From: a virus
Lineage: Duplodnaviria; Caudoviricetes
Strand: one strand, 5' to 3'
Length of the DNA stretch: 64,000 bases
IMG/VR virus record: IMGVR_UViG_3300043753_000023
Span: 1-64,000 of that record
Under the pieces are notes generated by a model. It worked only from the letters and a program-made list of their open reading frames with translations. It did no database searches and was not told where the DNA came from. Numbering within the stretch: the first letter of the stretch is position 1; each line of letters opens with the position of its first letter. Below are positions 40,202 to 48,015 of this stretch, piece by piece. A program made the translations under genes and the position numbers.

Positions 40202-41563
40202 GTGAACGAGCCCGACCTGTCCGCCGGCTGGCAGCCCATCGGCGACGTCATCGCCGACTCGCGGGCCGCCAGCCAGCGGCCCGAATCGGCCACGGACACG
40301 CGGATCCAGCGCCTCCAAGTCAAGGCAGCCGAGAAGCGCACCGACCGGCACGACGCCGTCAAGACCTGGGCCGAGAAGCGCCAGGTCCGGCGCGACGACC
40401 GTGCCGCCGACCGTGCCGAGCGCCGTCAGGAGAAGGACGAGCGCCGCGCCGATCGGGCTGCCACCCTCGCCCGCACTGGAGCCCGCGCACAGGACGTCCT
40501 GCAGCGGATCATCGTCGTCGGGCCAATCCTTGCCCCGATGGCCGTTGCCTGGACCGGGCAGTCCCGGTTCGCCACACAGATCCTCGGCTGGACGTTCATC
40601 GCGAGCATCCTGTACGCGGCCGCCTACGAGCTCACCACCGTCTACAACGCGTGGCTCTACCACCAGGCCCGCACCGACGGAGACAGCGGCTGGGAGTACC
40701 GGCTCGGCACCTGGATCTTCGCCATCGGCGCTGCGGTCCAACAGTGGTGGCACTACTCAAACCACTGGCACTCGACACCGCGGTCCGTCACCTACTCGAT
40801 CATGTCGATCGTCGGCGTGCTCCTATGGGAGGGCCGGGCCCGTCTCATTCACCGCCGCAAGCTCCGCGCCGACGGCAAGCTCGCGCCGGCCCGCCCCCGG
40901 ATCGGACTGGCCCGCTGGATCCGCTACCCGGTCCGGTCATGGACCGCCTGGTCCCTCATCACCCTCGAAGGCCACCGGACCCTCGATGCGGCGTGGACCG
41001 CCGCCGACGCGCACTTGCGGTCCGAGAGGGACATCCAGGCGGTCCGGGCCTCGGCTCGGCGGTCCGCTCGGGAAGCCCAGCGGACCGAGCGGCTGGACCG
41101 GAAGATGGGCCGGACCGGACCGGAGCAACTGACTGTTCCGGCCCGCACGGACCGCCCCGCGCTCACCGCCGGACCGGACCGGTCCGCCACGGACCAGGCG
41201 CAGGCGGCTGACCGGACCGATGCACCGGACCGCTCCCCTGGAACCGCCAGTGGACCGAACGCCGTGGACCGGTCCACGGCGGCCCGACAGGCGCTGACCA
41301 GCCCGGACCACGGACCGAACGCAGAAAACCAGGCGGACCGCGACAAGCCCTCCCCGGCCAACAGCGGCCCGGACCGGACCGAAGTGGACTTCGCCCTCAA
41401 CGATGTTGAGCGGGAAGCCATCGAGCTCCTGCGGTCCACCAAGCGGTCCATCAGCAAGCGCAACATCGCCGACGCGGTCCGCAACGACTTGGGCCGGTCC
41501 ATCGGATCGGACCGGGCCGCCGAGATTGCCCGCCACTTCCGGACCCTGCGGCCCGCCGCCTAA
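40202..41563 (+). CDS. DUF2637-like (Spd-type) membrane protein with a C-terminal HTH
   Basis: N-terminal coiled coil; about four TM segments (IIVVGPILAPMAVAW...WIFAIGAAVQQWWH...SIVGVLLWE); low-complexity linker; terminal EAIELLRSTKRSISKRNIADAVRNDLGRSIGSDRAAEIARHF. Confidence 0.7.
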   Translation: MNEPDLSAGWQPIGDVIADSRAASQRPESATDTRIQRLQVKAAEKRTDRHDAVKTWAEKRQVRRDDRAADRAERRQEKDERRADRAATLARTGARAQDVLQRIIVVGPILAPMAVAWTGQSRFATQILGWTFIASILYAAAYELTTVYNAWLYHQARTDGDSGWEYRLGTWIFAIGAAVQQWWHYSNHWHSTPRSVTYSIMSIVGVLLWEGRARLIHRRKLRADGKLAPARPRIGLARWIRYPVRSWTAWSLITLEGHRTLDAAWTAADAHLRSERDIQAVRASARRSAREAQRTERLDRKMGRTGPEQLTVPARTDRPALTAGPDRSATDQAQAADRTDAPDRSPGTASGPNAVDRSTAARQALTSPDHGPNAENQADRDKPSPANSGPDRTEVDFALNDVEREAIELLRSTKRSISKRNIADAVRNDLGRSIGSDRAAEIARHFRTLRPAA

Positions 41564-41648
41564 CGGTCCACCACTCCGGTCCGACATCAACTGGACCGGT
41601 CCTCTCCCGCCCACAGAGCAATGCCCCCGGTCCGGTCCGGTCCGGTCC
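40929..41648. repeat. Dense array of GGWCC / CGGWCCG motifs
   Basis: About 40 GGACC/GGTCC copies counted by eye, including tandem (CCGGT)4 at about 41627-41648 beyond the stop codon. Confidence 0.9.
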
Positions 41649-41706
41649 AGTCCGCCCCAGGGCCCCGCCAAATATCAGGCCCCCTCGCCCCGATTGGAGA
41701 CGCACG

Positions 41707-41802
41707 ATGAGCGACTGGATCGCCCTGGCCCTCGCGCAAGCAGCCGTCGCGACCGCCGCAGGCCTCATCGTCCTGTGGCTTCGCAAGAAGGAGACACGGT
41801 GA
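41707..41802 (+). CDS. 31-aa single-TM peptide
   Basis: GGAG RBS; MSDWIALALAQAAVATAAGLIVLWLRKKETR. Confidence 0.6.
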   Translation: MSDWIALALAQAAVATAAGLIVLWLRKKETR

Positions 41803-42518
41803 CCACCAACACCCAAGCCCCGCCCCCGCCGAACTACCCGCCCACCGCCGGAACCACCTGGTGGGGCCCCGCCTCCGGGGTCGTGTTGACACCTGAGCAG
41901 ATCGCCGCTGCCGAGGCCGCCCAGCAGCGCCTCGCCGCCACCCTCACGGCCTCCATGGACCTCCTGAACCGCGCTATCACCGAAACCCCCGAGGAGCGCA
42001 AGCAGCGCCTGCACGATGAGCAGCAGGCCGCCGACAAGGCTCGCCGGGAAGCCGACGACGCCATCCGCGCCAGCCTGGGGGAGACCCCCGAGCAGCGCGC
42101 CGAACGCCACCATGCCGAGGACCGCGCCCGCCGGGAACGCGAACGAATCGAAGACCGCGAGAAGCGGCACAAGACCCAGCGCGCTGCGACGCGACTGTGG
42201 AAGGCCAGCCCCGACCAGCGCGCCCGCCGCTTCCGCCGCTGGTGCACCCTCACCGCCCTCTCTGCCTCCATCGGCTACTCGATCGGCATCGTCCAGTGGG
42301 TCGGCGGCCTTCCCGCCCTGGTTGCCGGGTTTGCACTGATCCCCACGTACGCCTTCGACCTGTACACGCGCAATTGTTCACGCCTCTCCGCCCTAGACGG
42401 TTGGCTCCCCGTTACCGCCGTGATCTTCACCCGCGTACCCGTCGCCTCCGTGCTCGCCTCACTGCTCCACCTCAACCAGCTGCTCGCCGCCAGCGGCCAC
42501 CTTTTCCATCACCACTGA
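41799..42518 (+). CDS. Coiled-coil plus membrane protein (spread-cluster-like)
   Basis: GTGA overlap; charged coiled coil followed by hydrophobic C-terminal segments. Confidence 0.65.
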   Translation: MTTNTQAPPPPNYPPTAGTTWWGPASGVVLTPEQIAAAEAAQQRLAATLTASMDLLNRAITETPEERKQRLHDEQQAADKARREADDAIRASLGETPEQRAERHHAEDRARRERERIEDREKRHKTQRAATRLWKASPDQRARRFRRWCTLTALSASIGYSIGIVQWVGGLPALVAGFALIPTYAFDLYTRNCSRLSALDGWLPVTAVIFTRVPVASVLASLLHLNQLLAASGHLFHHH

Positions 42519-42535
42519 TCAAGGAGTGCAACACC

Positions 42536-42958
42536 ATGTCTGAGCAGTTCGGCGCGTTCGGGTCCGGCGGGGTATGCCTGGTCATCGCGGTGTGGGTGAT
42601 CGTCGGCCATCGGGGCAAGGGCAAGCTTGCCAAGATGCACGAAGATCACCACACCGCATGGTGGATGATCCTCTTCGGGAGCTTCGCCGCCAGTGCCGGC
42701 CAGGCATTCAGCGCGCCGGGCAAGGTGGGGGAGGCGTTCACCCACGTCTTCACCTCCCAGTCCACCGCGTTCGGCGAGGTCGGCGTTGGCGCCGCCGCAG
42801 TGATCCTGACGATCGTCCTGTTCGGTACCAAGCCACGCCCGCTCCTGGACAGCATCCTCGGGGCCACCGTGCCAAGCGTGTACGCCGCCGCTGGCGGCCT
42901 GTGGGCCCTCCCGCTGACCGTGGTGGACTCGGTAGTTAAGTCCCTGGTGGGTGCCTGA
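42536..42958 (+). CDS. Multi-TM membrane protein
   Basis: AAGGAG RBS; 3-4 hydrophobic segments. Confidence 0.7.
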   Translation: MSEQFGAFGSGGVCLVIAVWVIVGHRGKGKLAKMHEDHHTAWWMILFGSFAASAGQAFSAPGKVGEAFTHVFTSQSTAFGEVGVGAAAVILTIVLFGTKPRPLLDSILGATVPSVYAAAGGLWALPLTVVDSVVKSLVGA

Positions 42959-43971
42959 TGGCCAGCCAGTTCGCCGTCGCCCGCGCCGAACACTCCGAGG
43001 CCCTGGCTGCATGGAGGGCCCGCTATGCCAAGGCCCGCGACATTAAGGACCCCCAGCAGCGCGCCGCGGCCCTCGAAGCCCTCATGGGGGAGCGGCCTGC
43101 CCACCCCTACCTCGCAGGCATCTCCCTAGCCGCCCTCTTCCACGGCCACCGAGTCCTCCTGGCCCCCCTTAAGGGCTGGCGTAACGACGCCAAGGCCCAG
43201 CACGCCGAGGCCCTGGAAGCATGGCGGGAGCGCCGCGCTGAAGCCCAGAAAATCAAGGACGCGGACCAGCGCGCCAAGGCCCTGGAAGCACTCAAGGGGG
43301 AGAAGCCCACCAGCCCGATGCTGACCGCCATCGGATGCGTCGTCGTAGGGGCCATCGTCGTGGCCCCGATCGCCCATCGGCACGTAGGCACACTGGGCAC
43401 GCTCCTGACCTGGGGGCTCCCCCTGTGGGTGATCGTTGCCCTGATCGCCGGTCAGAAGGCCGGCGCGCCTAAGACCGCCGACGCCCTCGACCAGGAGGAC
43501 GACGACCAGGCCGGGGAGGATCAGGCCGACCAGGACCCCTGCGAGGAGCTCGAACCGGCCGGCCCGACCCCTGCCGTGGTGCACGCCCTGATGGCCTCCG
43601 CGGCGGCCGCTGGGGCCAACATTCTCCTCACCCGGCTGGCCACCGAACTGGCCGCCTCCCACCCCGACTGGGAACCCTCCACCAAGGCCGTCCGTGCCCT
43701 CCTCTCCGAGGCCGGCATCCCGGTCCGGGCGGGGGTGCGCACCCCAGACGGCAACGGGCCTGGCATCCACCACCAGGACGTGCCGCCGCTTCACTCCCCC
43801 TCCGTCCCCGCCCCTGTTCCCGCCGTTGTTGCCAACGTTGGCGCAGGTCAGAGCGCCAACGCCAACGCCAACAACGCCGAGATCCGGGGTGCTGGGGAGG
43901 GGTGCATCTACGTGGCCGACCCCGACAATCCGGCCCGCACGATCATCATCCAGACCAACGCCGCCGCGTGA
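42958..43971 (+). CDS. Membrane protein with duplicated helical repeat and C-terminal soluble domain
   Basis: Internal repeat HSEALAAWRAR...IKDPQQRAAALEALMGERP / HAEALEAWRER...IKDADQRAKALEALKGEKP; two TM helices. Confidence 0.65.
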   Translation: MASQFAVARAEHSEALAAWRARYAKARDIKDPQQRAAALEALMGERPAHPYLAGISLAALFHGHRVLLAPLKGWRNDAKAQHAEALEAWRERRAEAQKIKDADQRAKALEALKGEKPTSPMLTAIGCVVVGAIVVAPIAHRHVGTLGTLLTWGLPLWVIVALIAGQKAGAPKTADALDQEDDDQAGEDQADQDPCEELEPAGPTPAVVHALMASAAAAGANILLTRLATELAASHPDWEPSTKAVRALLSEAGIPVRAGVRTPDGNGPGIHHQDVPPLHSPSVPAPVPAVVANVGAGQSANANANNAEIRGAGEGCIYVADPDNPARTIIIQTNAAA

Positions 43972-44027
43972 TGCCGAGGCCTGGGCAACCCGTCCAGGCC
44001 GCCCCCTTCCCTATCCAGGAGACCCCC

Positions 44028-44474
44028 ATGGACCGCACCGACCAGAACCTCGACGCCGGCATCGCCGACACCCAGTCCGTCATGGGTCGCCTTGAGCAGA
44101 AGGCCACGATCTTCTCTGCCATCAACACGGCTCTCCTCATCGTTCCCGCAAGTCTCGGCCTGGGATCCTGCCCCACCCCGGTTGTTTTGCTCGCCGGGAT
44201 CAGCATCACGATCGTGGTCGCGGCGCTCACGCAAGGGCTGCTCGCAATCCGGCCCTTCCTTGGCGGCTCCGACAGGTCGTCGTTCCCTTGGTGGGCAGAG
44301 GCGGAACCCGCGGAGCTCGACGCCACACTCGCGATGGATAACCGCAAAGCCCAGCTGGTCAACCTGCCGAAGATCTGCATGGGGAAGATGGTCAAACTGC
44401 AGCGGTGCAGCGACTGGACGATCGCCGCCTTCGTGGCGCTTGCCGTCACTGTGATCGCCCGGGCTGCCCTCTGA
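44028..44474 (+). CDS. Pycsar-effector-like (DUF5706/PycTM-type) membrane protein
   Basis: RLEQKATIFSAI-TM-TM-LLAIRPFL...FPWWA...LPKICMGKMVKL-TM pattern. Confidence 0.65.
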   Translation: MDRTDQNLDAGIADTQSVMGRLEQKATIFSAINTALLIVPASLGLGSCPTPVVLLAGISITIVVAALTQGLLAIRPFLGGSDRSSFPWWAEAEPAELDATLAMDNRKAQLVNLPKICMGKMVKLQRCSDWTIAAFVALAVTVIARAAL

Positions 44475-44617
44475 ACTGCCGCCCAGCGGGCCCCGGCTGG
44501 GCGAGCCGCACCGGGCCCGCGCCCTGGCAGTGACATCGGCCAGTCGAGCAGCAGGACTTGCCAACTCGCTCGCGATCAATAACACTAATCCCAACGGCAT
44601 CACTGTGCCTCGAAACG

Positions 44618-44643
44618 AGCCCCGCCCCCGCTGGCGGGGCTTT
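44618..44643 (+). terminator. Stem-loop with short U tract
   Basis: AGCCCCGCC-CCCGCT-GGCGGGGCT-TT. Confidence 0.6.
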
Positions 44644-44664
44644 CGTGCGTCTAGGGGGTGCATC

Positions 44665-44901
44665 GTGGCCCTCGACCTTCGCCTCCTTCACGCAACCCCG
44701 GACCAGCTCGTCGACGTCTTCGAGACCGCACGCTTCTTCGGGGTAAAGCCCGTGACGATCCGCCAGTGGACACGCCTCGGCTACATCACGCCGATCATCC
44801 GGGGCGAACTCGGACGCAACAAGCGCAGCTTGTACTGGCTGCCCGACCTCGTGGCCTACAAGAAACTCCGCGACGGCAAGCCCGAGGCCGCCGCCGCCTG
44901 A
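44665..44901 (+). CDS. MerR-like HTH protein upstream of the packaging genes
   Basis: LVDVFETARFFGVKPVTIRQWTRLGYITP. Confidence 0.75.
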   Translation: MALDLRLLHATPDQLVDVFETARFFGVKPVTIRQWTRLGYITPIIRGELGRNKRSLYWLPDLVAYKKLRDGKPEAAAA

Positions 44902-45071
44902 AGCTCCCGCCGGCCCGCTTCCCTGCGGGCGTCCTGGCGGGACGGCCCGCGTCGTCCGAGGGTGCGACGCAGGGCCCTGATGGGGGTTCCGGGAGTGCCG
45001 CCAGTCGACGAGCTGACGCCGGCCCCGGAACCCCCACACCCTCCCCAGCTGCCGATCAGGAGGATTCGACG

Positions 45072-45793
45072 GTGAAACGCCTACGCCGAGACCTCTGGTG
45101 GTGGGCCGAGCGGCGAGCTGGACAACTGTGGTCCCAGGCGTGCCGTGACGGCACCTCCTGCTGGCTCGACTGGCTGCCCTCCTACTGCGCCCGCCGCCGG
45201 TACGCCGCCGAACGCGCCCTGCACCCCGAGCTGTTCATGGCGGCCGAGTGACCGACAATCCGTGGCGCGCCCTCGACGACCCCTTCACCGAACCCGACGA
45301 CTGGGCGCCGATCCCCGGCACCTGCTCTCGCTGCGGCCAACCCGCCCACCTCGGCGAGCGGCGCTGGTGGCACCTCGGGGACGTCTGCCCGAGCCGTGGC
45401 AGGCAAGCCGACTTCCTGCCCGACCCGCCAACACCGGCCCCGTGCCCCGACTGCACCACCTGCGACAGTCACGGCGACTGCCCCACCTGCCGCCATCGGT
45501 ATTTCTGACCAGCCCTCATCAAGGAGACGCCCATGTCCAGCATCATCGACGACCTCAAGGCCCGGTTCGCCAAGTTCGGCGCCGAGTTCCACGACGCTCT
45601 CGACAAGCTCCGCGGCGACGAGAAGCAGCTCGCCACCGAGGCCAAGGCCGACGTCACCAAGGTCGAGACTGACGTCCGCCCGGCGATGCAGGAGGCGCAG
45701 GCCGACGCCGAGAAGCTCGCCGGCGAGGCTGTCACCGACATCAAGCAGGCCACCCAGCCGGTCGCCAACCCCGAGCCGCCGACCGCGGCCTGA
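45072..45793 (+). other. Three small CDSs before the terminase
   Basis: 45072-45251, 45248-45508 (CxxC motifs), 45533-45793 (helical). Confidence 0.55.
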
Positions 45794-45832
45794 CCGGACC
45801 CCAGTCCCAGCGCGCGAGATCGGAAGGCGTCC

Positions 45833-46405
45833 ATGGCTAACGGCAACAAGCCGACCTGCGGCGCCAAAACCCGGCAGGAGGGCAGCGCCGAGTTCTGCGG
45901 CCTGCCCGCCGGTTGGGGAAGTGACCATCCTGGGATCGGGCGATGCAAGTTGCACGGCGGCAACACCGGGAAACAGCGCGTCGGCGCCGCCAGGGTCAGG
46001 GCCGAGCAGGAGGTGCAGCAGGTGCTTGCCGAACTCGATGTCCCAGCCGTCGACGACCCGCTCACCGCGCTGTCCCAACTCGCCGGACAGGTGGTCGCCT
46101 GGCAGACCGCCACCGCCACCCTCGTCAACCGGCTCGACGACCAGGTCCGCTACGAAGGTGCTACCGGAGCCGAGCAGCTCCGCGCCGAGGTCGGCCTCTA
46201 CGAGCGCGCCATGGACCGCGCCAACACCGTGCTGTCCACCATCGCCCGCCTCGACATCGACGGACGCCTTGCTCGTATTGAGGAAGCCAAGGCGCAGATC
46301 CTCATGGAAGCCGTGCAAGCTGGCCTCGACGCGATTGGGCTCCCCAGCGAGCAGGCCACCACCGTGAAACAGGTCATGGCGCGGAGGCTGCGGGCCGTGT
46401 CCTGA
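45833..46405 (+). CDS. Terminase small subunit (putative)
   Basis: CGAKTR...C...GIGRCKLHGG motif; immediately upstream of terL. Confidence 0.7.
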   Translation: MANGNKPTCGAKTRQEGSAEFCGLPAGWGSDHPGIGRCKLHGGNTGKQRVGAARVRAEQEVQQVLAELDVPAVDDPLTALSQLAGQVVAWQTATATLVNRLDDQVRYEGATGAEQLRAEVGLYERAMDRANTVLSTIARLDIDGRLARIEEAKAQILMEAVQAGLDAIGLPSEQATTVKQVMARRLRAVS

Positions 46406-46418
46406 AGGCGGTGACGCC

Positions 46419-47996
46419 ATGGCGCGCCGCTCCGCATTCACCGTCCTCGCCGACCAGTTGGAAGACTCCACCGCCAACCAGGCCCGCGCTGCGGACTACG
46501 CTGCCGACCCGGCACTGTGGGCCCGGGAGAAGCTCGGCGAACACTTCTGGTCCAAGCAGGTCGAGATCGCCGACTCGGTCCGCGACAACCGACTGACTGC
46601 CGTGCAGAGTTGCCACGGCGTAGGGAAGTCCTGGACCGCGTCGCGTCTCACCGCCTGGTGGCTGGACATCCACCCGCCCGGCGAAGCCCGCGTCGTTACC
46701 ACCGCCCCCACCGGCGACCAGGTCAAGGCGATCCTCTGGTCTGAGATCAACGCCGCCTTCGCAACAGCGGCAGCCCGCGGCAACCCGCTTCCGGGCCGGA
46801 TCAACGAGACGGACTGGAAGCTCGGCAAGCGGCTGATCGCCTTCGGCCGCAAGCCCAGCGACTACAATCCGCACGCCTTCCAAGGCATCCACGCCAGGTA
46901 CGTCCTTGTAGTGCTCGACGAGGCCTGCGGCATCAACAAGCAGTTCTGGGTGGCCGCCCAAGCGATCGCCACCGGCGAGCACTGCCGGATTCTCGCCATC
47001 GGCAACCCCGACGACCCTGGATCCCAGTTCGCCAAGGTCTGCGCGAACGACCGCTGGAACACCATCCGGATCTCCGCGTTCGACACGCCGAACTTCACAG
47101 GCGAGCCGGTTCCCGATGACCTCAAACCGATGCTCGTCTCGCACGCCTACGAGCACGACATGCGCACCGAGTTCGGCGAGCATGCCCCCACCTACATCTC
47201 CAAGGTGCTCGGCCAGTTCCCCCACGACGCCGACGACGGCGTGGTACGACTCTCCGCCGTCCGCGCCTGCGCGCTACCTCCCTCCACGCCACTGCTCTAT
47301 ACCGACCTGACGCCAGTGCAGTTGGGCGTCGACCTAGGCGCCGGCGGCGACGAAACCGTCATCCGGGAACGCCGCGGCATGCGGGTCGGCCGCGAATGGC
47401 GCAGCCGCGAGAAGGACCCGACCAAGGTTGTCGATGTGATCGTCGCGGCGATCCGCGACTCCAAGGCCACTGTGGTGAAGGTCGACTCCATCGGCATCGG
47501 CTGGGGCATCGTCGGCACGCTGCGGGAACGCCGCGCGAAGGGCGAGCACGACGCCGACATCATCGGCGTCAACGTGAGCGAAGCCAGCACCGAGCCCGAG
47601 AAGTTCGGCCGCCTACGCTCCCAAATCTGGTGGCAAGTTGGCCGGCAACTCTCCGAAGACCGCGGCTGGGACCTGTCCGAGCTTGACGAGGACGACCGGG
47701 AACGCCTGGTGTCCCAACTGACCGCCCCCAAGTACTCGCTGGACGCTGCCGGGCGGATCGTCGTCGAGCCCAAGCCCGAGACGAAGAAGCGCATCGGCCG
47801 CAGCCCCGACAATGCCGACGCCCTGCTCCTCGCGTTTTACGCGGGCTCCGGGTCTGACGCACACGCCTGGATCAACCACTTGCAGCGCAAGGTCGGTGCC
47901 GACGCCGACACGGCACCCGAGGCAACATCCGCTTCGCCGGCCCCCGCCGATGCCCTGGCCGCAGCCCGGCACAACGCCTACCGACAGCAGCGCTAA
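46419..47996 (+). CDS. terL: Terminase large subunit
   Basis: Walker A AVQSCHGVGKSW; Walker B VLVVLDEA; nuclease LGVDLG...D, VDSIGIG, SPDNADA. Confidence 0.95.
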   Translation: MARRSAFTVLADQLEDSTANQARAADYAADPALWAREKLGEHFWSKQVEIADSVRDNRLTAVQSCHGVGKSWTASRLTAWWLDIHPPGEARVVTTAPTGDQVKAILWSEINAAFATAAARGNPLPGRINETDWKLGKRLIAFGRKPSDYNPHAFQGIHARYVLVVLDEACGINKQFWVAAQAIATGEHCRILAIGNPDDPGSQFAKVCANDRWNTIRISAFDTPNFTGEPVPDDLKPMLVSHAYEHDMRTEFGEHAPTYISKVLGQFPHDADDGVVRLSAVRACALPPSTPLLYTDLTPVQLGVDLGAGGDETVIRERRGMRVGREWRSREKDPTKVVDVIVAAIRDSKATVVKVDSIGIGWGIVGTLRERRAKGEHDADIIGVNVSEASTEPEKFGRLRSQIWWQVGRQLSEDRGWDLSELDEDDRERLVSQLTAPKYSLDAAGRIVVEPKPETKKRIGRSPDNADALLLAFYAGSGSDAHAWINHLQRKVGADADTAPEATSASPAPADALAAARHNAYRQQR

Positions 47997-48015
47997 ACGA
48001 CGGGGGGCTGCCGGG

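Noticed and set aside
40929-41648. GGWCC array as a CRISPR array or simple microsatellite
   Set aside because: Units are 5-7 bp with irregular short spacing and both orientations; no 25-45 bp repeats with unique spacers and no cas genes
42958-43971. TraB/FtsK translocase call for the last large spread-cluster ORF
   Set aside because: No Walker A/B motifs and too short
44028-44474. Complete Pycsar defence system
   Set aside because: Only an effector-like gene; no adjacent nucleotide cyclase
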